This document shows positions 26,301 to 39,000 of a stretch of DNA of 64,000 nt, in pieces. Origin of the DNA: Phoronis australis (Eukaryota > Animalia > Phoronida); assembly GCA_002633005.1 (NCBI GenBank), contig NMRA01000589.1, positions 92,641 through 156,640 of the forward strand. The letters run 5' to 3'. Position numbers and translations under genes: made by a program. The notes under the pieces are model-generated. The model was not told the origin of the DNA. It made no database searches and was given only the letters and a program-made list of their open reading frames with translations. Each line of letters starts with the position of its first letter. The stretch's first letter is position 1.

Positions 26301-27995
26301 TTTTGTGTCAGATTTCATTTGGCCATTTTACTCGCATCGTTCACAAGCTGCGGGCCTAATAGTTTATACATTTTTTTACCACAACAATGGTATTGATGAC
26401 ATAAATTTTGTGTCAGATTTCAATTCGTTTGTACTTGTAGGTCTCGATTTATACATCTTTGTACAAAAACCACTCACAGGAAGACTAACTACGCACCCAC
26501 TGGTGTAGTCAAAAGTATTCAACGTGAAACTAGGGTTGATGGAGTGGTAAAATGACGGTCATTTTGAAGTGAACGGGTGTGGGGGCAAATGAAAACTGGA
26601 AATGAATGGCAATAAGCAGAGGGAGGGGCATGACTGCGTTGGATCATCCCCTTGTTCATTGCGCGTTACACATTTTTTGCACTGATTAATATCAGCCAGC
26701 TATACTTGTATGATGACTAACGTCAAAATACGGCTAGGAATCATTGTTGGTTATCTTCACATAAAACTCGAAACTTCACACCACCTGGGTACATGTAGAC
26801 GGATCTGCTCGTCATCGGACGTGAAACTTGTCTTATGCCAACAGATAAAGCAGTGAGTCAACCTATATCCTCCTTTCACGTTACAGTCGTTTAAGTGAAA
26901 AACAATCTAATAAACGTTATTTTCTTACAAAATTCTAAAAGAAAAGTCTGTCCGTAAACATGAAAACATCAAGCTCGTGACACGTGCACATGGCATTTAC
27001 TAATTTTTGCGACGTCTTTCGGGAGTTGATGACAGCTTCGCCGAAGCAAAATTTGCTCATTAATTCGGTTTGATGGTATTAAAGTACAACGAACTTACAA
27101 TGAAGTGAAAGCTACTTTGATAATTTGTTGTGACATATACGCAACTGCGTGGAAGAAGAGAAGTTGATTGAAGAATCGGTGAAAAAGGAATCGAACAATA
27201 AATATAGCTTTGTTTCATGGCGCTGAAAACCGAATAACGGTAGAACGGTATTTTCAGCACTGGTAATATTTTAGCTCACTCAAGGACGAGTGCACTATAG
27301 TTTTCATTGATATTAATTTTGTGAGACTTTATTAAGACAGTTTCTTATCCACACCGGTACAAGCTGTATTTTCATACAGCTTAGCACGAAGGCTACGGTT
27401 CTGCGTGGTTAAAGTTCGCGGTATTAGTTTTTATTCCGCTATCCCAAGAGTTCCGTTCTTTGGTGTTCTACGGCCAGTTTTAAGGGTTCCACTAAGATCC
27501 GATTTACTGTAATGAAGAAGCTAACAACGTGCTAATCACATTGTACAAGCACAATCACTTAACTATGACTTAAGTTTTAATACCAGATTGCTGTTTAACA
27601 GGCGGAGTAAATATGCGAAGCACAAACCTTTTACTGATTACATTGTTTGGTTCGTCGCGAAATTCGTCCTTCACTTGCTTTCGGAACACGTTTGAGAACA
27701 GCATAAAAGCATTCATTGGTCGAGGAATTTTTTCAGCTTTACCATTCACAATCCTCACTAAAGATAGGAAATCGATTATCTATAATGTAGCACTGAAACA
27801 ATAACATGCCGAAAACAGTCTACAGTTATGCTACGATTAGAAATGCCAATTTATCTTAATGCAAAGCTATTTACATCTATATTTGAGAATTTTCTAATAT
27901 TACTCACAATTTCCGCGCCGAATACCGCACGAAGGAGAGGAATCTGAAGGTGTTCCTTTACATGCCATTGTTGATGACGGTGGAGCCAAACTCAT
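14322..27995 (-). CDS. Divergent SOX-like HMG-box transcription factor (6 exons, 439 aa)
   Basis: Exons (minus) 27995-27908(ATG), 27757-27628, 19406-19309, 18227-17682, 15034-14920, 14664-14322(TGA); total 1320 nt, phases consistent. HMG box KIPRPMNAFMLFSNVFRKQVKDEFRDEPNNVISKR/LGAMWKAMTAEDRMKYHNLAKEAEKEHKRKYPNYQYCP carries the SOX-type RPMNAFM signature, followed by P/S/T/Q-rich regions. Confidence 0.88.
15836..16070 (-). mobile_element. Degraded non-LTR retrotransposon-like fragment (second copy at ~25400-25565)
   Basis: Aligns with 25400-25565 (CCGTGGCACGA..TGACTAGCA..GTCCCGG-TTGATTC..TTTCAGAACCA..TTCCATTGAA). Minus translation EVIGSEI..SGTIKTYYIHLPP..LSILSP resembles an apurinic-type LINE endonuclease segment (weak). 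Confidence 0.45.
16980..17370. mobile_element. PIF/Harbinger-type MITE, same family as 46948-47348
   Basis: GGGCCC..CGCCC termini. Internal GCGAATTCAAAATAAGTCTCTTATTCTATGCT..ACTTACGTGGATAA matches the reverse complement of 47215-47280. Confidence 0.6.
19932..24232. mobile_element. Large foldback (long-TIR) non-autonomous DNA transposon
   Basis: Left arm 19932-21490 is the reverse complement of right arm 22193-24232 throughout, e.g. CTATCGCCAAGACTATGAC/GTCATAATCCTGGCGATAG, TTGCCTAGGAC-AGATGA, GGTGAATCTT-ACTGATTTT, GGGCGGAGCTTGCGATAGGTCAATT. ~700-bp spacer without a convincing ORF; flanks TAAC/CAAC. Confidence 0.9.
22907..23205. mobile_element. hAT-like MITE with 5-bp TSD, inserted in the right arm of the foldback
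   Basis: CAGTGGCGGATCTAGG...CTAAATCCGCCTATG termini; flanks GAACT/GAATT; absent from the left arm. Confidence 0.65.
25985..27370. repeat. Two diverged ~350-bp direct repeats (~25985-26350 and ~27005-27370)
   Basis: Collinear blocks TTTTTGCGAC..GCCGAAG-AAAAT-TGCT, AAAGTACAA, CAACTG-G-GGAAGAA, GAAGAA-CGG-GAAAAA, AATTTTGTG and ACAAGCTG. Confidence 0.55.
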
Positions 27996-28299
27996 TTTAC
28001 AAGTGAATTGGCAACAACAAAAAACACACGAAATTGTTTATAATTGTTGAAATTCCACATATACGAATTTTGTTTGTTGCGTCTTGTACAAAACACGAAA
28101 ACGCACCACGTGCATCGAAAGAGAGTGAAACGAAATCCCGGAATTTAAATTTTGGCAACTTCAGTTAATTCGTATGAAAGAAACGCACCAAACTTTCTTG
28201 CAGGGCTGAACACATTGAGGAAGGACAGGTAGAGGTTTAGGTCAGTGTCTCTTCCCATTATTGGAGAACTTCTAACATTTCCAGAAAATGATTAAATGA

Positions 28300-28650
28300 C
28301 AGCAATATTGAACATTACATAGTTATCGAGGAATCGGCACCGGCCTGAGTCGGATGATGTAATATTTAGTCAATAAAACTGAGACAGTCGAAGTGTCGTA
28401 TACTGAACAGTTTTGTACCAGATGTTATATTTAGGACCTCACTGCATGTTATTTGTTATTTATAAAGCTGCAGATTTACTACTTTAGACTATTTTGAGAA
28501 AGTTTGATGATCGAACCGGCTAACGACGTCGAGTCGACAATGACTAAGGCTTTTGAACTTTCCATCTCAGAGGGCACTGTTAAAGTAGTCCCGGGAGTGG
28601 AATACGGAAAACAATATCACATGGCCGTATTGCACACGACTTATTCAACA
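28300..28650. repeat. Dispersed repeat with inverted copy at ~54265-54610
   Basis: AAAGTTTGATGATCGAACCGGCT-A-GACGTCGAGTCGACA-TGAC is the reverse complement of 54361-54407; ACATGGCCGTATT and AGGAATCGGC are also shared. Confidence 0.65.
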
Positions 28651-30030
28651 CGTATGAGATAAAAACATCATCTGCGAACCTTTCTCCTTGACTGGCCCTG
28701 TAAACAGCAATTCTCAGCGACATGATTGGCGACAATGAAGCTTGAGCAAAATGCGCAGACTCATGAACAAAATTTCACAAGCTAGTTTCAAACAGCATTT
28801 CAGTAGTTTTTCAGATTTTTTTCACTAAAAGACGTAGATTTTCTCACGTAGATGAGCTTTTTTGTTCTTATTTTTGCAAGAACTGTGCGATGTCAGTGAC
28901 TCTCTACTTCAGGTCCCGGCTGTTGAACCAGTGACCATTCAGATAGCGCTTTATTCGCAGTACTCAGTTTGTAGGTCTCTCCAAAATTTCATAGATTAGG
29001 AGTTGAGGTTATCGGACCAAAGTTTTCACTAAGAGGATTTCAATTGGCAACTGGCCAGTAGAGAAGCCAACTACTAATGAAAACTTTTCAAAAAATAATT
29101 TTACGCTTAAAATAAATCAAAAGTACTGGAAGCATGACAGCTAAGCTATTTTTCGAAGACGAGAAAGGAATGCAGGTAACCACCCAACTGCCAAACCGGT
29201 GAGCGAGGTTGCCGAATTTCTGAACCCAAGACTTCTTCTCGCACGGCGGCAGTCCAGGGCTCGATTTCGTTGATTATCAACTGCTAAGTTCTTCAGAGAG
29301 ACCCTGCTCAATAGACTAATTATGTAATACCCGTGGCTATAGGTCTCAACGTGATGGCCTTCGTAAAAGAAAAATAACAAGCAATCCCCAAACCCACAGA
29401 TCACTTCTTTGACCATGGACAACGAAGATCAACATTATTACAGACGGTGAAGTGGCCTAAATCAAAACTTGAAATGTCTTTGACAACAACATCCTTTTTG
29501 CGTGAATGCCATTTTTTATGGATCACTGGCCTTCAGTAGATTCATCTCGTCTTCTCAAGTGCTACTGTTTGTAGTAGCTATCACGAACATTCGCTCAGTT
29601 ATTATCAGTTTTGCCTTTAAGGTGAGACGGCGTGAACAAATAAAAGTAGGTCACAGAGAATCCGTAGTTAAGTTAGTACCTCAGTTAAACTAATAAAGAA
29701 ATCTTTTGTTGCCATTCAACGCACAAACTATTTCTCATTCAGTGCAGCATTCATACACCAAGAACAGTTTCTGTTAGTCGTGTATTTGCACTGTCGTTTT
29801 TGAAAGGAAGTAAACATTTGGAGTCTGATGCAGGAGTATTGGTTCAAATCGAAAGTACATGTATCATGACAACTTAGCCTTGTCTGCAGGATGATCCCCA
29901 CACGAGACCGGTGGATACTCTACTTCCAATGCCTTCTGCTGTTTTCAAGGAGTAAGTTATTATGATTCATTTCGACAGTTTGCATAGTTATCTGCAAGTT
30001 TGTCTCGACTACATGTATTTGCGTAGTTAT

Positions 30031-33000
30031 ATGTACCGATTTAGTCTTGGCCTTTTTGGTGAGATCGTCGTGAGACTCCATACAGTAGGTTACGTTACAA
30101 ATTCTGAGTTGACCAACGTGATTTATTTCGACAATATTTATGTGTGTTTTAAATATCAAGACTGGGCCATTTTCTGTGAAAAATGTCTGAAAAGCAATGT
30201 CAAAACCAAGTGCAACTTAATTACGCCTATAAAATCGGCCACAATTATTTTCATCACCGTGGTCAGACTGGCTAAACGACGCTTGAGAAAAATATGATGT
30301 TGGGCACTCCACGTCTGAGAGCGCCGAGCAGTTGCCCTATTCATTTCAGCTGTGGGCTGTCATCTACACTTCACTGATTACAACTGAACGTGTCCCGTTA
30401 ACGTTGAAACGGACTTCATTGTCCGAGACAATGAACCGACCGCAGTCGAAAGATTAAACTTTGATTTAGGGCATGTACTGTAGACAAATCTGGCTTTTGC
30501 ATGTTCCTTACTCTTATTGACAAGTATATGTACTTAGCAAAATATTTACAAAACTGCAAATTTTGACTCAATGAAAATATATATTTTCTGCAAGCAAAAA
30601 CACTGTAAACTTTGATTTTTTTACTTCATACCAATCTGTGTTTGATTAGGTCACGTGATCATGTGTTTTGAGTAAAGTTCAGCAAGAAAGTGCATTTATA
30701 GCAAATAGCGGTATCAATAAGATCATATTTCGTTTGATATAAATGGTCATTAATATAATCTCAAAAACACTGTTATAATTTCCTAAATTATCATTTGGTT
30801 TTCGTAGTGTATAACTTTTTTTTTCAGAAAAGTCATAGAAATCCTGTCCCTAGATAGCCCCTCATGCAAAAGTGAGATAGCTTAAATTTAAAGTAATTAC
30901 TAAAAGTCTTTGGGATAGCCGTGCGTAAAGCACAGAATCTGAAAATTGCCCATTATTCAGATCAGCCATTTCTGAGTGATGACGTTTCGAAGCTAGACAT
31001 TTTTCTAGGATCCTTCGTAGCCTCAATTGATCTCAGCCTCGATAAGTTACACATATCTCGTCAAGGAGGATCGTATTTTATGCACTGGGTATGGTCTCAA
31101 GCACAGCTGTCGAACTGTCAGCTACGATCTTAAATCGAGAAACATTTTGTTGTGATATGAGGAAAACTCTGACAGGAGTTATACATCAACGCAGCATAAG
31201 ATTTGTGTTCCGCACTGTCATACCACCTGAAACCCCTGATGTACATTACGTTACCCACAAATTTGAATTTTGGTAAAATGTCCAAAAGATCAGACACCCT
31301 CTCCTTACCAGCTTCGGTAACCGTTGCCATCGGTATAGAAACATTTATCCTACGGAAATTTTCATATTTCGCTCTTCAATATGTTTCAGGTGTCGTGATG
31401 CAAGTTGGCATTGTTGGTGCGTCGAGTGCTGGCCACGGTAAGTTTTGTGCTAATACCAGTAACCGAGCAACTGGTTTACATTCACACGCACTCTGGCTCA
31501 AGGCACACAGACCAGACTTTGGTGACATTTATTGCCCTTAGCCAGTGACGCCATAGTGCATTTAGTGCCCCAAGATAATACTGATGTCAAACTTTATCCC
31601 AGTGATTTTGTGAATGTTCGAACGATGTGCCTGTAACGCTTTCTTGTGTTATAATGCAAGTGTAACACTCTCTTATAGAATTCTGGTGTTCTTTTGATGG
31701 TGGCACACTGTGTAACATGACGCAGTCAACAACGGACGAACGAGATTGGATACTTAATAGTGGGCCTACACCAACATCAGGGACAGGTCCTGAGGATGAC
31801 GTAGCAGGAGGAGGAACATACATATACTTTACAGCAGGGAGGGTAAGTAACCGATACATATCCATGTAAAAATAATGACATCCGGTCTGGTACACAAACA
31901 TAAAACCGAGATGAGGATCTTAAGATCTGATTCAAGGGTATGGCATTGTGACCCAATGGGACTTCAACCCGCGACCTTGAGTACGGGAAGGAGACGCTCA
32001 TCCCACTAGGACTAACTGCCTCCTCTCTCTAACGCGTACTGCTCCTTGAACTTCTAGACAATGATTTAGGTCTGAACTTGATCCCTTTCTTGTGTTTAAA
32101 TATCATTCAAATTTCAAGATTTTCGGAACAATTTGTCTTATGTCGAGTATTAGGGATGCCCGTGGTGCTCAAGGCTTAAGGGCACTGCACAAAGAGCCCT
32201 CTGTCTCAAAGTTTATTGCTACCGAAGATGACCTTAAATTCAGCTTGAATGTTTTTGTGCTTCAACCCTTCGCCAATTTTGATGTTTCCTTGTCCAAAGT
32301 CAGGGTTTGATCAAACATAGTATGCTTGATTAAACTCTTTATGATACAGACCGTGACACATCCGTTTTACTCAATGGCCAAAATGCAATGCTGATAAAAC
32401 CGGTTTACTTAACCAACCACACAAGATGAGTAGGACTAAGTAAACATTTCCTAGTCAATAGTAGAAAATGGATTCTATCTTCAAACATGACATGGGAAAG
32501 TGAAAGAGCCTGTCAGAAGCCATCAGTTTTGGCAGGGTTGGTTAGCCCTTTCAAAATTGGATTGCTTCATTTCAATTTCCCGGGTTGGGATTCGTAGACG
32601 CAAGCGTCTTGCCAAGGAAGCTAGTGTGATCACGTGATTTGCTTATAACACGTGGCGATCTGCCTCGCACGGTCTTGCGTTTTGGTGAGATTATAGCGTC
32701 TACGAACGGCACGTCTGTTCTTTCAATCCCCGAGCATGGTGGTGAAAACCGAATGCCATCATAGCTTGGACAATTTTTGAGACCTGTTAGATTCAATGAA
32801 TCCATTTTTTTGCTTCCCAACCTCAGGGCATTAATAAAAAAGTCATAATTTATTTTGTTTTGTTTTATTTGTTCACTAGAAGGATTGAACTGTGGAGCGA
32901 AAGTTCTTGAATCTGAGATGATGTAGCCGTTTCCGTAGATAAGCCCATGGGCGTGACTTCGGAAAATGCAAATTTTCAGGCGTTTTAGCATCACCAAATA

Positions 33001-36000
33001 GACGCCCGGGCGTTTTTTTCGGAAAAGGGGGCGTGTAAACGGAAAGCCATAATTTTGTTTGACTTGACACTCTTTCACTTAAAACTGCGTTTTTAATTTT
33101 TTTGTTAATAAATGGATAGTTTGCCAACGCCTTGTTCGTTTTTATGAATGATAAATGCTCCACAAAACTGTATTTGTGAGACAAATTTGACGCTGAGGGG
33201 GCTTTTAAGAGGAAAATTTCCACAAATAAACGTCCATGGTCGTGTATTTGGCATAATTTTCCAAATAAACGCCCATGGGCGTTTCATCGGGTGGGCTTAT
33301 CTACGGAAAACCCCGCTGATAAACCCATGAAAGTAGGTCATCTAATCTGGCCGCCTCGAACATCTTCACAAAGTCGATTACCAGAAAACAGAAATCGTAC
33401 CCACGTTCGCAAATTTCAGTTGAACTTTTCAAACACACATGTAATAGTACCAAGTTAGAAACGGTCCATATGGCCTTTGACGCATATTAATTGCAGTTAA
33501 CTTCTATTGTAAGGAAGCAACACATAGTATTGAATGCAATGACCAAGGATTCATGTTTTCAAAAGTCTGATCTTAACTAAAACGATCGTAACTTCGATTT
33601 TGATTTGCACGTAGTTCATTGAAAAATGACTCCTGCAAGCAGTCTTTAAAAGTAGTTGGACCCGAGTTTCTCGAAAAAGTGATTAAAATGGAATTTTTAA
33701 TTTCTTAAGACAGATTTTTTGATATGATACATCGAAATGAATCTTGATTTTTGATTCGGGAATAAAAATTCCCCAGGCCGATTGTCCTTGTAAGTTAATA
33801 ATAGCGAACGTAATTTCATTGGTGTCACCAGAAAAGTTGGAGTCTATTTCGGCGATTAAAAATAGTTGCGTTTGTCTAATTTCATACCAAAACAATTAGA
33901 AAAATAAACAAAAAGATAAAAAGTAAGGACTCACTTAATGAATACCAAAAATTATCAACATAAGTCAGTTGCAACATTATTAAAAGCGCATCATCGTGTT
34001 CGCAATAACTTACCTCCAACCGTCTTAATTACGGGGATACCAAATTCGATAACACGGACCCCAGTTTTCATTACCCACACGTTTGCCCGTCGTGCTTGAC
34101 ACTTCTGCGACCTACTTACTGGACAAATTGTGTACGTGATGTGTCTCGATTTAAGTATACGCAGGGATACTCGGCGACCATTACATCCCCGTCAGTGGCA
34201 CCGGCCGTAACCAACTGCTCTCTCTTGAGCTTCTGGTACCATGGGTATGGAAACAATCTAGGGATGCTGAAAGCTGATATGGACGTCGCTGGAACCCTCA
34301 CCAACCTCTGGAACACCACAGGAAAGAGCTACAATGGCTGGCAATTTGTTGCGGTTCATTTCTTGGTCACGACAAATTTCAAGGTGAGTCGACAAGTGGA
34401 ATATTAGCGACAGGGCAAACTTTTGACACCTACGAGATATTCTTTATCGGCTTAAGTAGGTCTTAGAGCTAACCCGGATTTCATAACTTCCGGGAATTAT
34501 TAATGCAATTTCCCATTTTCCATAAAAAGTCTCAACACAAACTTAACTATAAGTGCACTTGAACCAGGAAGTATAATGTACTAATGTGAAAAAAACTATT
34601 TATTTACATCAACAAAATCAAACATTTCTGTAACAAAGGTCAAGTTTATGGCGTCGTCCACTGGCTATGTGAAAGGAGACTACGCGGTAGACGAGATAAA
34701 GGTCACGTCTTGTTCCAGTGACGTCACCAGTGGACCCTTGGTTTTCTGGACACCAAAGGAAGACGTTCTCCGTAAGTGACACCATTTGAGTTTGGGTAAA
34801 ACTTTCCGTTTAGGTTAATTTAGAGCCAGGTAGACCTTGCCAAAAAACTTACCTTTGATTCTTGGGGTTATTCCACTAGTCTCAACTTAATTAGAAACGT
34901 CTTATGGAATTGGAGGGAATTTGCATTCCGTTATTGTTTGACGCCAAGCACGCAGAATAGAAGTGCGGTCAAGCCAAACCTAAAACCAGCAAAACTGGTT
35001 CTGGTCTGTATATAAAATGTTCACTTATTTAGAGAAGTGATTGGTTGTTGGCAGACGATTAGACCTGGTCCGCCAGGTCTTTGTCGATGAATGAGGGATT
35101 TCCCGTCTTACGCTCGTTAAGAATGCTGGAGTAAGTGAACATTTTATATACAATGCCTCTAGAGACCAATGACGAACCTATTCTCCTGGTTCTGGTCTGT
35201 GGATGTTTTGAAAATTGATGTGGCGAAACGGTAGTTAATTTACCAAATTTTGAATGTTCTTAAAATATGGAGTCCCCAGTTATTAATCTGCATTGGCTTG
35301 TCATTTCTCTCAGGTATTGGACTCTTTTAAACTTGGTTTCCCCATGTTGCTTCGCACAAACTCGGAGAGAAATTATTGCCTTAATGTATTTTACGAAACA
35401 GATTTGTTTGTGTGTAAAATGCTACCAGCTACTATGTACCTTGTGAACAATGGAAGACTATGTATTCAATTCCAAAAAATTTACTGACGAGTAAAGTGCC
35501 ATCTTTTTAACGTCTGAATAGATCGAGTAGAAAGCAGTTCACCGGCTTGGACGCGTCTGGGGACTTAGTGTCCCACTTGACCATAGTCAAGACCATTGTC
35601 GCACTAGCGCCACCTTTGTTTAAAATCTCTCATTCAACTCATACGATTCGAACTATTACCAAACCCTTTAAGCCTCCATGTGCATTCGTTGTTTTTTAAG
35701 TTGTTTTCGAAAACAGTTTTGACTAAATTGTTTAATTAAAATGAAGCCGAAAGAATATTTGTCGACATTTCAGAAATTGGCAACAGCACAGTGAACAAGA
35801 TGAACGGAATTATATTGTCACCCAACTGGCCGAACACATACCCTGACAACTATCGGTACACGTGGTTCCTTACTGTCGACTCGTCAAAAAGAATGCGTAT
35901 TGTGGGCATTGACGTGGATCTAGAAAGTGGCGATACTTTAAAGGTGACTTTCCAAAGGATGATAATAGTAAAAAACTGGTATCGCTTTATATATTCTGTG

Positions 36001-39000
36001 GGTTCACAAATCCGCAGGTCCACAAGTCCGAGAAATGCAGGTATTTTTAAAATGGTCCGCAAATTTTTTATGTCGGCCTTCCTCAAAACATCATCTTATA
36101 CCTCACAAGGTGACAATCTGAAAGTCGCAACTTCCAGTACGTTTTTGTTATTGGAAATACCAATCCTTTTAATTTTTCAAGAGATTTGTCGCTGTTTGAC
36201 TTTGATTCTTTCTAACATTGCATTTTAGAACGCCACACGCATTTTATAGTTTCGAGGTAATGTTTTACAGTCTCAATACAAGAGGGCCTTGAGGCTCCTT
36301 TTAAGGGAATACGCTACCTTTGTTGTAACCAAGGATCGAAAATATTAACTAACTGTGTAAGTGTTAATAATAGATCCATAATACTATTATGTATTTATAA
36401 TACTTGATAACAGAATCTCATAATGGGCACGGAGATCGCTATATTTTCCACAACGATTTTTCTTTATTCTATTAGGTACAGAAGCGGGTCTAGGATTTTT
36501 AAAGCGACATTTTTGGTTAGGAAAGTGGATTTTTGAGATCAGCCCTAACGCGGATTCGAGCTCAAAACCCTAGCGTCTAGTTCTCGAGGAAACGCAAAGA
36601 AAATTTGTGTTGCTTTCGCCCTGAACGTACGCAGTTTATAGGAATATGCAAAGTTTTACGTTCCTAAAAGCGAGCGTTCCCCTTCAAACCCTTCGTTTTT
36701 GACAGTCAAATTCTCTGGCTAAAATGAAAATCGAAATGACCAGGTATCACGCGAAAGAGTTAATGTTTGTGGAAATCACGGCCATCATCAAGGTGTTTTA
36801 GAAAACGTGCCGACACAGCCGGGTATTATTTTTGCGAGTATTATAAAATTCTGTGATCCTCAAAGATTTTCAAATATATAACTTAATGGGTCTACAGTAA
36901 ATACTAATAAAGGTATTGAAGAAATGTGATCTTTGCCAACGAAGGTAGGCAATTGCTTTCTGAAAGTAGTGAGACATTTCTTTCAATTCATGTCTGTATT
37001 TTCTCTACATTTAGATATCGAAACTTGGATCTGGGTTCACTTATACTATCACCAAACCGTTCGCCGATTACACCATTGGAAACACGTCTGAAGTGGAGTT
37101 TGTGTCAGATAAGAGTGGAGTCGCCAGGGGATTCAACATAACATGGGAGTCTTTTGAAAAGGGTAAGATCACTGACACACACGTAGTTGCGACGAGTCGA
37201 GAACTTTCGTACCGTGAATTTGTTTGATTTAAGAACGTATTCAATAAATTTAAGATCAGCCTTTGATCAATTCTGTGACGTAATACAGCATGAAAAACAT
37301 GATGTGTGTCAAATAGCATGACAACATACCGTTTATTCGAAAACTAACATACTAAAATGATCAAGGACTTTCTGTACCCCGTCACGAAATTGTCGCATTG
37401 TATACTGCGCGCTGCTTGTCACCACGTTGAAAGCCCTCCTCCAGATTGTTAGTTCATAGTTATTGTCCCACGGGCCCCATGCCCCACCGTGCAATGCAGG
37501 GTTGCTCATCGGGTCTGGATCCGGGTATCTGGCGGGGAGGGCCGTCTGGTTATACTTTTCCAGCTCGCGCAACATGGAGCGTACTATTCCAGGAAATTTG
37601 TCCACCAGATCAAGCCTCTCCTCGGGATCTTCAACTACATTGAACAGCCACATGTTCTTGTTCGGATCCGGTGCCTTGTTGATCAGTTCTGTGTAGTTCT
37701 GGCTGTCTGAGGGCGGCACCGGAACCCACGTGTCTGTGCCTGGATAAAAAGGAGTGGAATGAAAACACAGTATAATGACTTCTAGGATAGTAGAAATCGA
37801 ACTGTCATTAATACAAAATGTACAGGGGTACATACTCATGCTGATTTTCATAGTTTAATTGGTGTTATTAAAACGAGTAAATTTATTTTAAAAAATCGCA
37901 CCATTGGCTACATTAGGTATCTAGTTGTAAGTTGCTACAAACCAAAAGACGATGATGGAGGGATTGTGCAGGCGGTGTCAGGTCGTGATGGCTGCGATAA
38001 TGGTGATGGTGGGCGAGGTAAAAGCTGAACGCAACAAATTCCACTCACCGGGGTCTCCTGTAATGAGCTTGTAGTCACCAATCCTGATGGCCGCCCGTAT
38101 TCTGTTGTCGAACGTATCTTCATACGCACGCCTCCCTTTCTTTTTCCACATGACATCAATGTTATGTAGAAGCTGGTCTCGCCGAGTCGGGTAATCGTTG
38201 CTGGAATGATATTGAGACCATGCAAAATTTGTAGAGCAGTTGACGACAACTTCGTGTCTTGATGCAACGTTCGCGTTAGCCTTTCCGAAGGTGGTTTCAC
38301 TGCGTACGTTCGAACAATGGAAATCTACCCTGAACAATGTCACCTGTGGTCAAGCATGTTCTACCGCTTCAGTCTTGTCTTGTAGTGAAAGTACTACGCT
38401 TCCATGCAGACAGTCGGTAACACAAGTCCTACATGACTACTCGCAATTACTTTGCGAATTTATTTTGATAAAGCTGCTCGTACGTGAACCCGTGCAGTAG
38501 ACGGAGGGTAAACTTAAAGCTACATTTCGCCTTCTTCAGCTGGATAAATATTAAAAATTGAGATGCTAGGCATTTTACTCTCGTAAGGTTGATCTCATGA
38601 CATTCCTGACCTTGATAAGATTGATTTTTGTTGCCAATGAGACCATCGAAATCATCAGCTTAACTCATGAAAATGCATGCCCACAGCTAGCCAAAGAATC
38701 GGCGGAGAACTAAACGTGGATCTTTTACTAAGATTCACGGGGTACGTTCAGAGCTATGAATTGTGAATTGGGCGAATTTTGACAGTTTCTACCTTTTTAT
38801 TGGACTTATGTCTCGTTCTCTACTTTTTTCAGAATTTTTGTTTCTCAGAGGCAGACCTTTTTGTACCATTCCCCAAAGAGGGAGCCCCCGAGGCCCCCGG
38901 GTGCGCATGAAATGTGGTTGGCTTCAGTAAAATTATGAGTTCGAATAGCACATGTACGTAAGCATTGCCTGTGACTGGAGTTGATGACGGCAATAATTAG

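Noticed and set aside
29502-29693. Hydrophobic ORF as the first coding exon of the MAM/CUB gene
   Set aside because: No ATG in that frame; 30031-30058 gives a phase-correct signal peptide. More likely a 5'UTR exon.
32572-33330. Overlapping 115-168 aa ORFs
   Set aside because: They lie across a MITE with no recognisable domain; chance ORFs.
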